A DNA stretch of 64,000 bases from a virus: positions 1 to 64,000 of IMG/VR virus record IMGVR_UViG_3300031772_000013; one strand, given 5' to 3'. The notes under the pieces were generated by a model. The model did no database searches. It saw only the letters and a program-made list of their open reading frames with translations, and was not told the DNA's origin. Made by a program: the position numbers and the translations under genes. Positions 8,978-18,475 of this stretch are shown here, piece by piece (within the stretch, counting starts at the first letter, position 1; every line of letters starts with the position of its first letter).

Positions 8978-9224
8978 ATGCCAGACTTCGACTTTGACTC
9001 CGAGCGCGACGCGCAGGGGCCGGTAAGTAAGGTGGCCAACGTAGACGACACCGTAAACCGCCGAATGGACGTGGGGCGGACACCGATTCAGCGCGCACGG
9101 TGTCGTCACGAAGGTCAGCGGCAAGACAACCAAGATCCGTCTCACCGAACATGCCGGCGAACACTTCGCCCCGGGAGTCGTCGTGACGGTGCCGACAGAG
9201 AACGTACGCAAGAAGGAAGAGACG
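8978..9224 (+). pseudogene. frameshifted copy of the N-terminal module of ORF 7830
   Basis: AGGAG+ATG at 8978 reads in frame into VANVDDTV, then +1 insertion. Confidence 0.55.
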
Positions 9225-10052
9225 ATGGCAAGAACTCCACTCCACGGCCGACAGGCCCCCCGCCCGCGCATGAACGCGGGCATCGACGCCAACGAGGCCG
9301 CACACGGAACGACAAACTGGACCCAAGGCAAGCTCTACGGGTCCGACAGGGTTGCGCTGTTCGGACAGCGCGCTGACAGCGATCTCTGGATCGAGATCAT
9401 CGAGGGGGCGAGCGTAGCCTTCATCATCACGAAGATGCGCGATGCCGGCGAGCAGGGTGAGCGCGTCGTGAAGAAAGTCACGACCAACATCCGACAGACC
9501 GACCCCGACGCCGACCGTCTTGCTCGCTCTCTCGGGATGCCAGGGGCGGGCTACGCCATAGAGATCGGTGAGGGGCTACTTGGCTCCCGGCCCGCACCCC
9601 GGGGCCGACAAGCCCCCTCTCCAAACCCGTCGCGGGCGCGTGAGAACACGGGGCGGCCCCTGCCGAGGCCACCTATGCGTGCACGCGAGACGGACGAGCG
9701 CGAGTTCTCGATGAACTACGGCCAGCTCCCGCCGTTCGAGCAGTTCATGCGAGATATTCGGCGCCCCGATCCCGATCATTCTGGGCGGGCGTACTGGCCG
9801 AAGGGTGAGAAGTATTCGATGGAGCTAGTCACTCCACCCGAGATCGAACTCGCCGAAGCCTTCGGTCTCGAAGAGTTCAGGGCGGAGCGAGCGCGCACGG
9901 GACGTAACACCAGCGTGCGTGGGTTCAGAGACAACGAGAAGGCGATCTACGAATTTCTCGAATACCTCTCCGATAGGTGGGACAACGGCGACGATTTTGC
10001 CGGAGACCTCGCCTCTGGGATCATGACATCGCTCGGCTACGAGTGGATCTGA
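9225..10052 (+). CDS. modular hypothetical protein
   Basis: AAGGA+ATG at 9225; leader shared with the internal start at 8022. Confidence 0.75.
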   Translation: MARTPLHGRQAPRPRMNAGIDANEAAHGTTNWTQGKLYGSDRVALFGQRADSDLWIEIIEGASVAFIITKMRDAGEQGERVVKKVTTNIRQTDPDADRLARSLGMPGAGYAIEIGEGLLGSRPAPRGRQAPSPNPSRARENTGRPLPRPPMRARETDEREFSMNYGQLPPFEQFMRDIRRPDPDHSGRAYWPKGEKYSMELVTPPEIELAEAFGLEEFRAERARTGRNTSVRGFRDNEKAIYEFLEYLSDRWDNGDDFAGDLASGIMTSLGYEWI

Positions 10053-10064
10053 AAGGTTTTAGCC

Positions 10065-11126
10065 ATGACACGCAAGCAACTAGGACCAGAACGACAGCAG
10101 TGGAAGGGCATCGACGCCAACGAGCGAGCCTTCGGCACCGTCCGTAACGCCCTGGTGGGCATCATCCTGGACGGCGTCGCGGGCGTCTCGCCCGGGGTGC
10201 CAGGCGAAGAGCGCCGCATGATCTCGCCCGAGGACGCCGATCGGTACATCGAGCGCGGTCAGCGGGTGCTCGCGGACTTCGAGAGCCAGGAGATGGCGCC
10301 CGGAGGCGCTCGGGGCCGCGCGCAGAAGTGGATGGATCGCACGATCCTCGAACTGCGACAGTTCGTGGCCGACGCCGAGGCGGTGCGCTCCGGCAAGAAA
10401 CCTCAGAAGATGACGCCGGAGAGCTACGCAGAGCTCCGCAAGCACCTGGGGGTGGGCGAAGCCCGCCGCTACCCGCAGCCGAAGCTCCCGCCTCGCCAGT
10501 TCGTGGCCCCGCGCGCCAACCATGTCGCCGCACGCGGGATTTCGGACGACAAGAAACAGCGTGCGTTCAGTCGGCTCGACCATTTCTTCGGGAGCCCCTC
10601 CAATCAGAAGAAAGGGTTTCCGTCCGAAGACGCAGCCGCGAGCAGCGCCGCGACCCTGCTGGCCGGACAACTAGGGATGAAGTACGGCTCAGCGATCGAG
10701 ATCGTGAAGGAGTGGTATCGGCGCGACGGCGGGGTCTCCGAAGCACCCCGGGGGCGCCGCACCGTCAATGACTACATCGCCATCGACACCCGCGACCGCC
10801 CCATCGCCGGCCCCTTCAAGAGCTACAGCGACGCTCGCCAGGCGGCCGGCACGGGGGGCGCCGTCCAGTTCGTGCCGTCGAGAGGGAAGGCGTCAGAGGC
10901 GGGCGACGACCACCGTGAGCGTTCGCTAGATCGTCTGTACGGCCACACCCGCGGGCGCGATCCGTACCCGTTCCCATCCGATCGGGATCGCGGGATCTCT
11001 CGCCTGTACGGCCCCAAGTCCGGCGGCGCCGGGGCACCTACTCTTTCCCGTGGCGCCCACCGTCCCCCCGAGCGCGCGCCAAGTGCGCGTCGTCGAGCGA
11101 AGAGGCTCGTCGGCGGGAAGAAGTAA
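10065..11126 (+). CDS. modular basic hypothetical protein
   Basis: linkers VGEARR, VSEAPR, ASEAG. Confidence 0.8.
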   Translation: MTRKQLGPERQQWKGIDANERAFGTVRNALVGIILDGVAGVSPGVPGEERRMISPEDADRYIERGQRVLADFESQEMAPGGARGRAQKWMDRTILELRQFVADAEAVRSGKKPQKMTPESYAELRKHLGVGEARRYPQPKLPPRQFVAPRANHVAARGISDDKKQRAFSRLDHFFGSPSNQKKGFPSEDAAASSAATLLAGQLGMKYGSAIEIVKEWYRRDGGVSEAPRGRRTVNDYIAIDTRDRPIAGPFKSYSDARQAAGTGGAVQFVPSRGKASEAGDDHRERSLDRLYGHTRGRDPYPFPSDRDRGISRLYGPKSGGAGAPTLSRGAHRPPERAPSARRRAKRLVGGKK

Positions 11127-12142
11127 TGGCCGCCCGTCGAGCAACGCACGTCGTCGTCAGCGCGACACCCATAGGGCACGATCCTCAGTACCCTCGGGTG
11201 GAGATCCTGATGGGATCGGGACGGAAGTGGACCTTCCTTCTCGGCAGACTGGCTCCGAAGGCGGGATGGGCTCATCCCGTGCGCAGCGTTCACCTCGTAC
11301 ACGCCCCTTACGAGCCTCGCAATCAGGCAACGCTCGTGTACGGGGGTGAGTACAGGGTTGCGAAAGCTGCCGCCGCCAAAGAGCTTTGGATCGTCGAGCG
11401 TCGCTCGTCTACGCCGAGCCCAGACGACACGACTGAAGCTAGCCTGCGTTTTCAGGAGATTGCCGACACCGTCGCTTGGGCTGCGCGCGATAACGCAAGG
11501 GCGACGGAAGGTTTGCCGCGCGGTAGTGACGGTTGGCTCTTTCACCGAGCAGTCTACGATTCTATCAAGTCCATTACCCAGTCGCTCCAGTCTACGGCGG
11601 AGTTTGCTGACTACGACGCGCCGAGACCGCTGACCGCAGCCGAGGCTGAAAAGGTTGGAAAGATCGCCATGTCGGACGAGGGTATCAACCTGACAGACCC
11701 GAAGATTCGGGCGTTCATGACAAGTAAAACTGACGTTCTGCCGAGCCCAGACGAAACGACCGTGAAGGAGAACACGATGAGAAGCGAACGACTCAAGGGG
11801 AACACGATGAGAGACGAGCAAGACAACTCATGGGGCCGCGGGTACCACCCGCTACCGGCACGCCTCTCGGGGCTCGGCCGCTTCATGGACGGCCTCGCGC
11901 CGACGAAGCTCCTCGACCACAAGGTGTGGCCCGACGATCCGACGGAGGGTGGCGACATCCACATGCTCACGGTCGAGGCCACAGATGTGAGCATCGGTTT
12001 CCGCGATCTCGAAAGCCTCATCGAGAACGGGCTCATCAGGATCCAGAGCAACGAGCCTGGTGCGGTTTCGTTCTACTTCGTCGGCAAGTCAGAGCGAGAT
12101 CCGGGCGGTTCCGGATGGGCACCGGTCAGGAGACGCCGATGA
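11126..12142 (+). CDS. modular hypothetical protein
   Basis: TAATG coupling; internal repeats. Confidence 0.75.
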   Translation: MAARRATHVVVSATPIGHDPQYPRVEILMGSGRKWTFLLGRLAPKAGWAHPVRSVHLVHAPYEPRNQATLVYGGEYRVAKAAAAKELWIVERRSSTPSPDDTTEASLRFQEIADTVAWAARDNARATEGLPRGSDGWLFHRAVYDSIKSITQSLQSTAEFADYDAPRPLTAAEAEKVGKIAMSDEGINLTDPKIRAFMTSKTDVLPSPDETTVKENTMRSERLKGNTMRDEQDNSWGRGYHPLPARLSGLGRFMDGLAPTKLLDHKVWPDDPTEGGDIHMLTVEATDVSIGFRDLESLIENGLIRIQSNEPGAVSFYFVGKSERDPGGSGWAPVRRRR

Positions 12143-12414
12143 GCGACAAGAAGCGCTGGGACGATCTGCACGCGGCCTACGCGAAGGCGGGCGAGGCCGC
12201 GAACGAGTACGATCGCCAGCTCAGTCGGAAATACGGCAGCATCTACCAGTCGTCGTGGCTCAAGAAAGGGGATCGCGACAAGCTGGACGCGCTCCGCGCT
12301 CGCGCAGACAAGATCGGCGACAAGATCGTCGAGCTGCTTGTGCGCGTGAGCCCCCGCGGAGAGGCGTGGCTCTCAGGCGTGCCCGCTCACTGGATCCGCT
12401 CCGAGCTGACCTAG
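12139..12414 (+). CDS. hypothetical protein, possibly truncated by an amber codon
   Basis: AGGAG+ATG at 12139; frame continues past TAG into 12502. Confidence 0.65.
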   Translation: MSDKKRWDDLHAAYAKAGEAANEYDRQLSRKYGSIYQSSWLKKGDRDKLDALRARADKIGDKIVELLVRVSPRGEAWLSGVPAHWIRSELT

Positions 12415-12501
12415 GAAGACGCGATCCGACCCAAGAACGAACCGCTGTCCGTCACGCCGCCGAGCGCGTGGGGCGGTGGCGCACCGATTCAGGAGACCCC
12501 G

Positions 12502-13707
12502 ATGACCCAAGAACACGACGCCGAGGCCGCAGGTTCAGAGTACGCCCAAGACCAGATAGAGAACGACTACTTCATGGGCTGGGTCCGCGAGCAGATGCTC
12601 GAGGCCAGCCGCATGGATCCGTCCACGGTGCTGCCGCTCGAAACGAAGAGCGACGCTCGCGTGATCGCGAGGAACATGCTCCAGCAGCTCGAAGAGGACA
12701 CGAAGCGCGGGCTCGACCCGCGCGAAATCGCGAACCTGATCGGGGTCGACGGCACGACGCGCGACGACGTCAAAGAGTTCTTCAAGGGGTTCCGGGGCGC
12801 GCTGGATGAGTCGCGCGACTGGCTGGCGGACGAGCTCCTGGAGATCAAGGGGGGGTTGCGAGGTAGGCGCATGAGCGAGGCACCGCGAAGTCGTACCCCG
12901 GCGAGCGATCTGAGCCGCCTACACAATCCGTCAACCGCTGGCAACATCATCGTCTCGAACCGCAAGGACTTCGATCGCCTGCTCATCGAACGCCTCGGAC
13001 AACTCGGCCGCCCGGACGCCGTCGAAATCGCCAGGGAGTACAAAAAACTGGCGGCGGCCTACTTCGGTGCGTCCAGAACGCCCGCTTCCACTGCGGATGA
13101 GATTCTGGATCTCGAACAACGTCGCCATGCGGGGCGACGGGGCGTGAGCGAAGCGAGTCGCTCCGGCGCGACGAAAGTCAAATGGGTTGCGAACGGATAC
13201 GACGACGGCTTTCACGCATCCGTCGGACGGTATTTTCTGAAGACCATGCCCGTCGGCGACGGGCGCTTCGTCTGGAGCGTGTCGAAAGGCACCAAGATCG
13301 TCGCGGGCTCTGAAGCCGTCGATCCGTCCTGGCACGGCGGCTACAAGGGCGATCCGTCGGAACACGGCGCGCGAGTCGCCGCCGAGCTTGCTATGACTCT
13401 TCACAAGACTCGCTCCTCCCGCACTGCTGCCGTGTCCGAGAGCCGACGTGGCCCCACCCCCGTCGAAGACCCCGAGTACGTCATTCAAGGCGCCTACAGC
13501 GACGGCCGCATCACGGAATCGTTCGGATTCGACGACGAAGACACCGCCCGCTCCGAAGCCTGGAAGCTCTCCAAGTCGCCCTACTTCGAGGGCGACCACG
13601 TCCGCATCATCACGCGCGACGGCGAGCTCGTGTGGGACTCGCGGGGCAGGGGTGTGAGCGAGGCCCGCCGCCCAAAAGCCCGTCGGCCGGTGCGGCGTCG
13701 GCGCTGA
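12502..13707 (+). CDS. modular protein with four (V/M)SE(A/S) linkers
   Basis: AGGAG RBS; motifs at 12871, 13144, 13432, 13654. Confidence 0.8.
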   Translation: MTQEHDAEAAGSEYAQDQIENDYFMGWVREQMLEASRMDPSTVLPLETKSDARVIARNMLQQLEEDTKRGLDPREIANLIGVDGTTRDDVKEFFKGFRGALDESRDWLADELLEIKGGLRGRRMSEAPRSRTPASDLSRLHNPSTAGNIIVSNRKDFDRLLIERLGQLGRPDAVEIAREYKKLAAAYFGASRTPASTADEILDLEQRRHAGRRGVSEASRSGATKVKWVANGYDDGFHASVGRYFLKTMPVGDGRFVWSVSKGTKIVAGSEAVDPSWHGGYKGDPSEHGARVAAELAMTLHKTRSSRTAAVSESRRGPTPVEDPEYVIQGAYSDGRITESFGFDDEDTARSEAWKLSKSPYFEGDHVRIITRDGELVWDSRGRGVSEARRPKARRPVRRRR

Positions 13708-14105
13708 CCGGCCCGTACGGGTCGCAAGAAGAGATCCTCGACTACATCAACGAGACCGCCCCCTACCTAGGCGGGCTCTCGGATGTGCACACGCGCCTCA
13801 GTCTGTCCCCGGAGATGTTCAGGTGGAAGTTCCGCGAACTGCCCATCTCGAAGCTGCTGCACCTCAAATCTGATTGGCGCCGCTGGTACGAAGGTGAACG
13901 GGCAGAGCGCCGGGACGAAGACGGCGACGACAGTTACTTCGACGGGCTCGAACAAGAGTGGAACGATGGCATCGTGGGGCCGATCATCGTGGTGATCATC
14001 GACGGAGAGATCGACATCGGCGACGGTTGGCACCGAGCTGCGATTGCCGTGACGCAGGGGTGGAAGACGGTGCCGGCGGTGGTTGGAACGGAAAAGGACG
14101 TGTAA
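13704..14105 (+). CDS. ParB/sulfiredoxin-like domain protein
   Basis: PIIV...IGDGWHRA; start uncertain (CTG overlapping the upstream TGA). Confidence 0.65.
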   Translation: MTGPYGSQEEILDYINETAPYLGGLSDVHTRLSLSPEMFRWKFRELPISKLLHLKSDWRRWYEGERAERRDEDGDDSYFDGLEQEWNDGIVGPIIVVIIDGEIDIGDGWHRAAIAVTQGWKTVPAVVGTEKDV

Positions 14106-14107
14106 GG

Positions 14108-15124
14108 GTGCTAGCCTCTGAAGAATTGTGGGATCTTTGGGGATCGTCTCACGAGTGGTCGAGCGCGATCACCGGAGCGAGCGCCGAGATACTTACCATT
14201 CCCGGCTATCGCGTCCCTGATGATCCTAACGCCTTCACTGCTGCCAGGGCCTTGCTTGAAGCGCTTCAGCGCTCTCCACGTTCCCGCAAGGCGCTCTGGC
14301 ACGGACGACCTCTCGAAAGGATCCCGAAGCCGGGGGAGCACGTCTCGCTCCCACTTACCGCAACAACCCCAGAGAAGAGCGAAGCGCTCCGTCTGAGCGC
14401 GCAAGGCGACACCCAGGCGCTCTTCACTTTTCCTGCGGGCACGCGCGCGCTACGGTACAGCGACATCGAACGGATCGTGGCAGGGCGATTTATCGTGCGC
14501 AAGGTTCGCCGGGAGACGGACCCCTACTGGGGGACGCTCATCGTAGTGGTACAACTTGAGGAGGACGCCACCGTGTACCGCCAACCCAAGGAGCCGGAAC
14601 CACGCGCGCTAGAGGAGACCGCCGATCAGCCGAACCCCTGGTATCACCTGACGGATCGAGCTAGGTTCAGGCTCGACCCCAGGTTCGCGCCGGAGGACAA
14701 CGCCATCGCCATCGTCGATCGCTCAGGGCGCCCCGGCATCTACCTCGGGCAGGACGTGGAACGATGGGTCAACGGCTACAACTACTGGCGGCCGTTCGTC
14801 GTCGAGTTCGACGTCGATCCGTCTGTGGTCGAAGATCCTGGCGTGCATGGGAGATACGGCGGCGAGATGTTCGTCCCCGCCACCTCGTTCGACAAGCTCA
14901 CCATCCTGCGCGTGATCCCGCTCGACGCCCACGCCCGGGAAGTGTTCGGGGAGGCAGGATGGATCGAGGGCGAGCTGGGGATCGAGTTCGACACCGGGGA
15001 TCCGATTCGGCCGGGGCACCGCTCCTACCGGGGCTACCGATACTCCGGGCCGGACGTGCGCGACATGCCGCCCTCACAGGTGAACCACCTGAAGCGCCAG
15101 CTACGACAGGTGAAACGCCAATGA
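14108..15124 (+). CDS. two-module protein, both modules ADP-ribosyltransferase-like
   Basis: LWHG..LTATT..ERIV and WYHLT..GIYLG..GEMF patterns. Confidence 0.5.
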   Translation: MLASEELWDLWGSSHEWSSAITGASAEILTIPGYRVPDDPNAFTAARALLEALQRSPRSRKALWHGRPLERIPKPGEHVSLPLTATTPEKSEALRLSAQGDTQALFTFPAGTRALRYSDIERIVAGRFIVRKVRRETDPYWGTLIVVVQLEEDATVYRQPKEPEPRALEETADQPNPWYHLTDRARFRLDPRFAPEDNAIAIVDRSGRPGIYLGQDVERWVNGYNYWRPFVVEFDVDPSVVEDPGVHGRYGGEMFVPATSFDKLTILRVIPLDAHAREVFGEAGWIEGELGIEFDTGDPIRPGHRSYRGYRYSGPDVRDMPPSQVNHLKRQLRQVKRQ

Positions 15125-15942
15125 GACAACAGCGGCTCGCCGAAGCACCGAGGCTGGTCTACCGCGGCACGCAGCAGCGTGAGCAGCACGGAGTTCGCGG
15201 TGCGACCTCGTGGACCGATTCGTTGCCGGTGGCGATGATCTGGTCAGCGGTGCCGGCCGACCCGTGGGCGTCGTCGCGCGAGCTGAACCACGCCCACTTC
15301 ATCGACACGTCTACCATCCACGCGGCCCACCTGAACTTTCAAAACCCGCTGGCGCTCGACTACAACCAGGCGAGCGTCGGTGACATCATGCGCGCGCTTC
15401 GATACGGTGAGCCCGACGGCATCGCTGACGACGAGGTGCGCAAGGTGTTCAACTACCTGCACAACCGGATGATGGGCAAGGCCGCGGGGGGCGAGTTCGG
15501 CTACGTTGTGTACGACGAGGACGGGGGCGAGATCGATCCCGACGATCGAGAGCTTTCGTTCGACATGAGTGACTCGCTCATTCGCGACATGCGCGACGAG
15601 TTCGAGTACGCCGACGAGAAGTTCGAGGTCGCGGATCGCATCGCCGCCGACGCCTACGTGTTCTTCGACTCCAAGACGGTCCAGGCCGTCGCGCGCCGGC
15701 TCGGATTCGACGGGTTCGTCTACTGGGACATCTTCGAGGGCTGCGAGTACGCCGCGCGCGACCTGTTCGGCAAGGACGTGGACTGCGCCAACATCGAAGG
15801 TATCGAGGAGGCCACGGATCTGAAAGACGAGACGGTGTTCACGCACCGCACGTACCGCCCACTCTCGGAGGAGAGCGTGGTGCCCGCGTGGGATGCACCG
15901 TCGCTCACTCTGCTGCCAGAGCTACCGAACTGGCTGCGCTAA
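15121..15942 (+). CDS. ART-like domain protein (polyvalent-protein type)
   Basis: VYRGT, SWTDSLPVA, AHLNFQNPL, GFDGFVY. Confidence 0.55.
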   Translation: MRQQRLAEAPRLVYRGTQQREQHGVRGATSWTDSLPVAMIWSAVPADPWASSRELNHAHFIDTSTIHAAHLNFQNPLALDYNQASVGDIMRALRYGEPDGIADDEVRKVFNYLHNRMMGKAAGGEFGYVVYDEDGGEIDPDDRELSFDMSDSLIRDMRDEFEYADEKFEVADRIAADAYVFFDSKTVQAVARRLGFDGFVYWDIFEGCEYAARDLFGKDVDCANIEGIEEATDLKDETVFTHRTYRPLSEESVVPAWDAPSLTLLPELPNWLR

Positions 15943-16304
15943 CCCCCCGGCGGCTTCTTCTTCCCCGCCAAAAAATCCGAACTGTTCTCGAACGCCGCCC
16001 GAATGTCCGTCCGCGAGGGGGGTCTCACGGGCGTCAACTCTTGATCGAACTCGCGGAGTCTCCGCTCAAGCGCAAAGAGCTCGACGCGAAGACGCAAAAC
16101 GTCCTCACAGGAATCAATCGTGCGACGCAACTCGATAGCGGCAACCTTGTCGATGTTCACGCGACCCGAGATCGATTTGAGCAAGAATCTCAAGTTCGAG
16201 ACCTCTTCGCAGACCTCGGCGCCCCGTTTCACTTCACGAAGTAGCGCTTGGTACTCGTTTTTCGGGATCGTGATGTAATCCGGCACGGTTTTTTCCTCCC
16301 CCAT
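15939..16304 (-). CDS. hypothetical coiled-coil protein
   Basis: 121-aa ORF. Confidence 0.55.
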   Translation of the reverse strand: MGEEKTVPDYITIPKNEYQALLREVKRGAEVCEEVSNLRFLLKSISGRVNIDKVAAIELRRTIDSCEDVLRLRVELFALERRLREFDQELTPVRPPSRTDIRAAFENSSDFLAGKKKPPGG

Positions 16305-16333
16305 GATCGTAGTCGCAGTCTAGGCTTCGCGAC

Positions 16334-16864
16334 ATGACATCGATCATTCTCGCGGCAATTCTCACGCTGATGCCTGGCCCCTCCCCGAAATGGGGCGAGA
16401 CGGGAACCGAGTTTCGCGCTCGCATGCAACTCATTGCCCAGTCCATCGACGAGGCGTCCAAGGTCGCGAAGGCGCCCCATCGCCACCAGCTCGCGATGAC
16501 GATCGTGGTGACTTTCTGGGGCGAGTCTCGCTTCAGCCCGCTCGTTCAGGCCGGGGTACACCGGGGCGACGGTGGCCAGGCGATCTGCCTCGGGGGCCAC
16601 CACCAAGAGAGCCTCAGTGAGGGGCAGTGGCTCGGGTTGGCTGGGCTCGATCTCGAGAGTACGACCCGCTGCGCGACCCTCACCGCCAAGCGGCTCAAGA
16701 GCGCCTGGTGGTACTGCCACGGCCTCGATCCAAAATCTTCGTGGCCACAGGCTATCGTCCTCTACGGAACGGGTCGGACGTGTCAGGCCCAAGAGACGCG
16801 CTGGAAGAACATCTTCGTGGACCGAGGCGAGAAGTGGGCGGCGCTCACCGCGAAACGACCGTGA
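16334..16864 (+). CDS. secreted lysozyme/transglycosylase-like protein
   Basis: signal-like N-terminus; ES-F motif then GDGG..CL. Confidence 0.45.
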   Translation: MTSIILAAILTLMPGPSPKWGETGTEFRARMQLIAQSIDEASKVAKAPHRHQLAMTIVVTFWGESRFSPLVQAGVHRGDGGQAICLGGHHQESLSEGQWLGLAGLDLESTTRCATLTAKRLKSAWWYCHGLDPKSSWPQAIVLYGTGRTCQAQETRWKNIFVDRGEKWAALTAKRP

Positions 16865-17173
16865 GAGACGTCTCGCCGATAGTGCTGTATGACCACGACG
16901 GCTTCGCATCCGATGGGATCGACGGAGAGCCGAGCGTGCGCTGGCCGAAGAAGTTCCTGGGAGGCAAGCCGCACAAGCTCCTGGACACGCCGACGTCTCG
17001 TCGGAACATCGAGGAGTGGAACGGGCTGATGCAATGGGGCGGCCCTCCGCTCTACGGCGTACAGGAAGAGGGCTGAGGGGGCCAGGAAGGGCACCGGGCT
17101 CGAAAGCGCCGGTGCCCCCTGCTCGCCCGAGGACGAGTGGCGGCGGCCCAGTACCGCGACCTCGCGTCGAGGG

Positions 17174-18447
17174 TCAATCCGGATCGTCCGTGAACCCGTA
17201 CACTCGGATCGGTTGCTCTTCTCCGACCACGTAGAGATCGACAGCCGCGAGCGCACAGAGCCGCTGAATGAAGTCCAGACCCGCACCCAGCGTGTCCATG
17301 TCGGTCGCGAGGCGATACGCCTCAAGCACGGCCTCACGCATCGACGGTCGCAGAACAACCTCCCGAGGCTTCCCCCTGCGAGCGCGCGCTCGCGCGGCCA
17401 TCTCGTGACTGTGCGGACCCATCGGGTTCATTGGAGATAATCGCGCCGCCCCGGCGTGGGACGAGAGGGGGAATCGTGACGCCAGGGCGGCGCGGAGCCC
17501 GATGATACTCTCGAACTCACGAGAAGTGGCTCACATTCTCAAGGCGCCAACCTCGCTTCCGAATCCACGATTCGAGCTTCGTCATCGAGTAGAACGTCGT
17601 GTCCCGCGACGCATAGAGGCCCAGGGGCTCTTTCACGACGAAGCTACGGGTCAACGAGAAGACCAGCGCCCGAAACTTCCCGGTCCTGGTCAGGATGCGA
17701 TGGGATTCCCAGTCCATCAGGTGTCCTTCGCGCGCTGAGTGGCGCGCTCCAGAAGATCCGCCGCCGTGACCTCGAACCGAGCGGCGAGTTCAAGCGCCTC
17801 CTTGCGTGTCGGGGAGCTCAAGAGCGAGATCGGATTCCGGAGCACGTTCAAGATCCGGCCGATGGCTTGCTTCCGGAGCGCTTGATCGACCTTCGAGGGC
17901 GCCCCTATCCCCGCCAACGTCGCTGCGAGCGCTGAAGGGGGCAGGAAGATTCGCTGATGCCCACAGGTGATCTCCACCCCGTTCTCGTCTGCCGTCACCG
18001 TCAGGACAGGCTCCGTCACGGCTGCTCCTTCGAGAGCGCATGCGTAGCCCAGAACGCCTCGCTCTCGGCGCGCTGCTCGGGCGTGAGGCTCTCGTCCCAA
18101 GGCTCCCGGGGGGCCAAGGGGCCACCGAACGCCGTGTAGAGCACGCAAGGGTCGTTCTCATGAGGCCCAGCGATGACCGTGACGGTCCGAACCTCACGGG
18201 GCGCCCTCGCGCAGAGTCGAGAAGGCCCCGCACGGGTGCCACGGGCCTCCAACGTGACCTCAGCGTCGCCCACCGGAGCGTCGCCCATGGCAGGGCCGTG
18301 GAGCCCGCAGGGGACAGATGGCAGCCCCTCCGGGAGTTCGAAGGTTTCGATGAAGAACGAGTCGCGAGCCGCGAAGCGCTCGGCGACATGGGCGAAGACA
18401 GACTCGTGGAGGCCGTGGTCGAGGTGAGAGACGAGGGTGATTTTCAT
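17174..18447 (-). CDS. four small hypothetical ORFs (17174-17431, 17517-17717, 17717-18019, 18016-18447)
   Basis: co-oriented, mostly overlap-coupled. Confidence 0.6.
17442..17494. terminator. GC-rich intergenic hairpin
   Basis: arms 17442-17457 and 17479-17494; no clear U tract. Confidence 0.35.
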
Positions 18448-18475
18448 GATGGATGGACGCCTTGAAGGTGACAGA

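Larger units (their letters stand above)
7802..9281 (+). repeat. ~277-bp direct repeat (7802-8078 / 9004-9281)
   Basis: near-identical copies; copy 2 has one extra A at 9055-9057. Confidence 0.95.

Noticed and set aside
7802-9281. Diversity-generating retroelement TR/VR pair
   Set aside because: Differences include G>A, G>C and T>C, not only adenines, and no reverse transcriptase is in the window.
12412-12414. Genome-wide TAG recoding
   Set aside because: TAG ends several clearly complete genes (e.g. 41746, 42607, 50944) and long genes are not fragmented.
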